Notes under the pieces: generated by a model
Seen by the model: only the letters and a program-made list of their open reading frames with translations
What the model was told of the DNA's origin: nothing
The model's database searches: none
Assembly: GCA_947588985.1 (NCBI GenBank)
Contig: CANQBG010000004.1
Span: 1,667 to 65,666 of the forward strand
Direction of reading: 5' to 3'
DNA length: 64,000 nt
Source of the DNA: an uncultured Clostridia bacterium
GTDB taxonomy: Bacteria > Bacillota > Clostridia > Christensenellales > Borkfalkiaceae
Part shown: in pieces, positions 63,989-64,000 of the stretch
How the letters are laid out: every line of letters begins with the position of its first letter
How positions within the stretch are numbered: position 1 is the first letter of the stretch
Translations under genes and position numbers: made by a program

Positions 63989-64000
63989 CTTCTGTTTGAG

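Noticed and set aside
1-64000. Search for tRNA, rRNA, CRISPR arrays, riboswitches, transposase or IS ends
   Set aside because: A by-eye scan of the intergenic regions showed no cloverleaf-like, rRNA-like or repeat-spacer structure. This is a weak negative. tRNAscan-SE, Infernal/Rfam and ISfinder searches should be run.

Overview
This window looks like a high-GC Bacillota (Clostridia-like) chromosomal fragment. Supporting signs are GGAGG ribosome-binding sites, lipobox lipoproteins, and DUF1292, YitT and LplB/C-type genes. Almost every gene is on the minus strand.

- **Left flank (1-4.5 kb):** two sugar ABC permeases, a LacI regulator, luxS and a YitT-family gene.
- **Island (about 4.7-24.1 kb):** a visibly AT-richer segment of about 19 kb, with far fewer spurious shadow ORFs than the flanks. 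It holds two tightly packed minus-strand operons and is the most interesting part of the window.
  - Operon 1: a ClpP paralogue, a Sel1-like/degenerate-AAA protein, a soluble VirD4/TraG-like ATPase, a soluble FtsK-like translocase and DUF1292.
  - Operon 2: two paralogous helical proteins, a Snf7/ESCRT-III-like protein, a Vps4-like meiotic-clade AAA+ ATPase, a trypsin-like protease and a RuvB paralogue that share an N-terminal MIT-like head, two membrane proteins, and two BspA-type LRR proteins, one of which carries a TIR domain.
  - I recognised no integrase, relaxase, capsid or T4SS channel genes. I interpret the island as a candidate, apparently undescribed, ESCRT-like conflict or DNA-handling system.
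- **Right of the island:** a Cys/Gly/Asn-rich repeat protein, a MacB-like ABC fusion, MarR, a THUMP methyltransferase, a CNNM protein, an esterase, an acidic repeat protein, a TrxB-like protein, nucleotide-turnover genes (an NT5C-guanylate kinase fusion, two NrnA genes, SurE) and a GIY-YIG gene framed by repeats.
- **About 38.9-58.7 kb:** a roughly 20 kb extracellular nucleic-acid scavenging and nucleoside catabolism supercluster.
- **Right end:** a radical SAM/SPASM gene, a GH13 and a domain-permuted GH3.

I recognised no rRNA, tRNA, CRISPR array or transposase. All calls rest on by-eye motif recognition. No database search, HMM or structure prediction was run.
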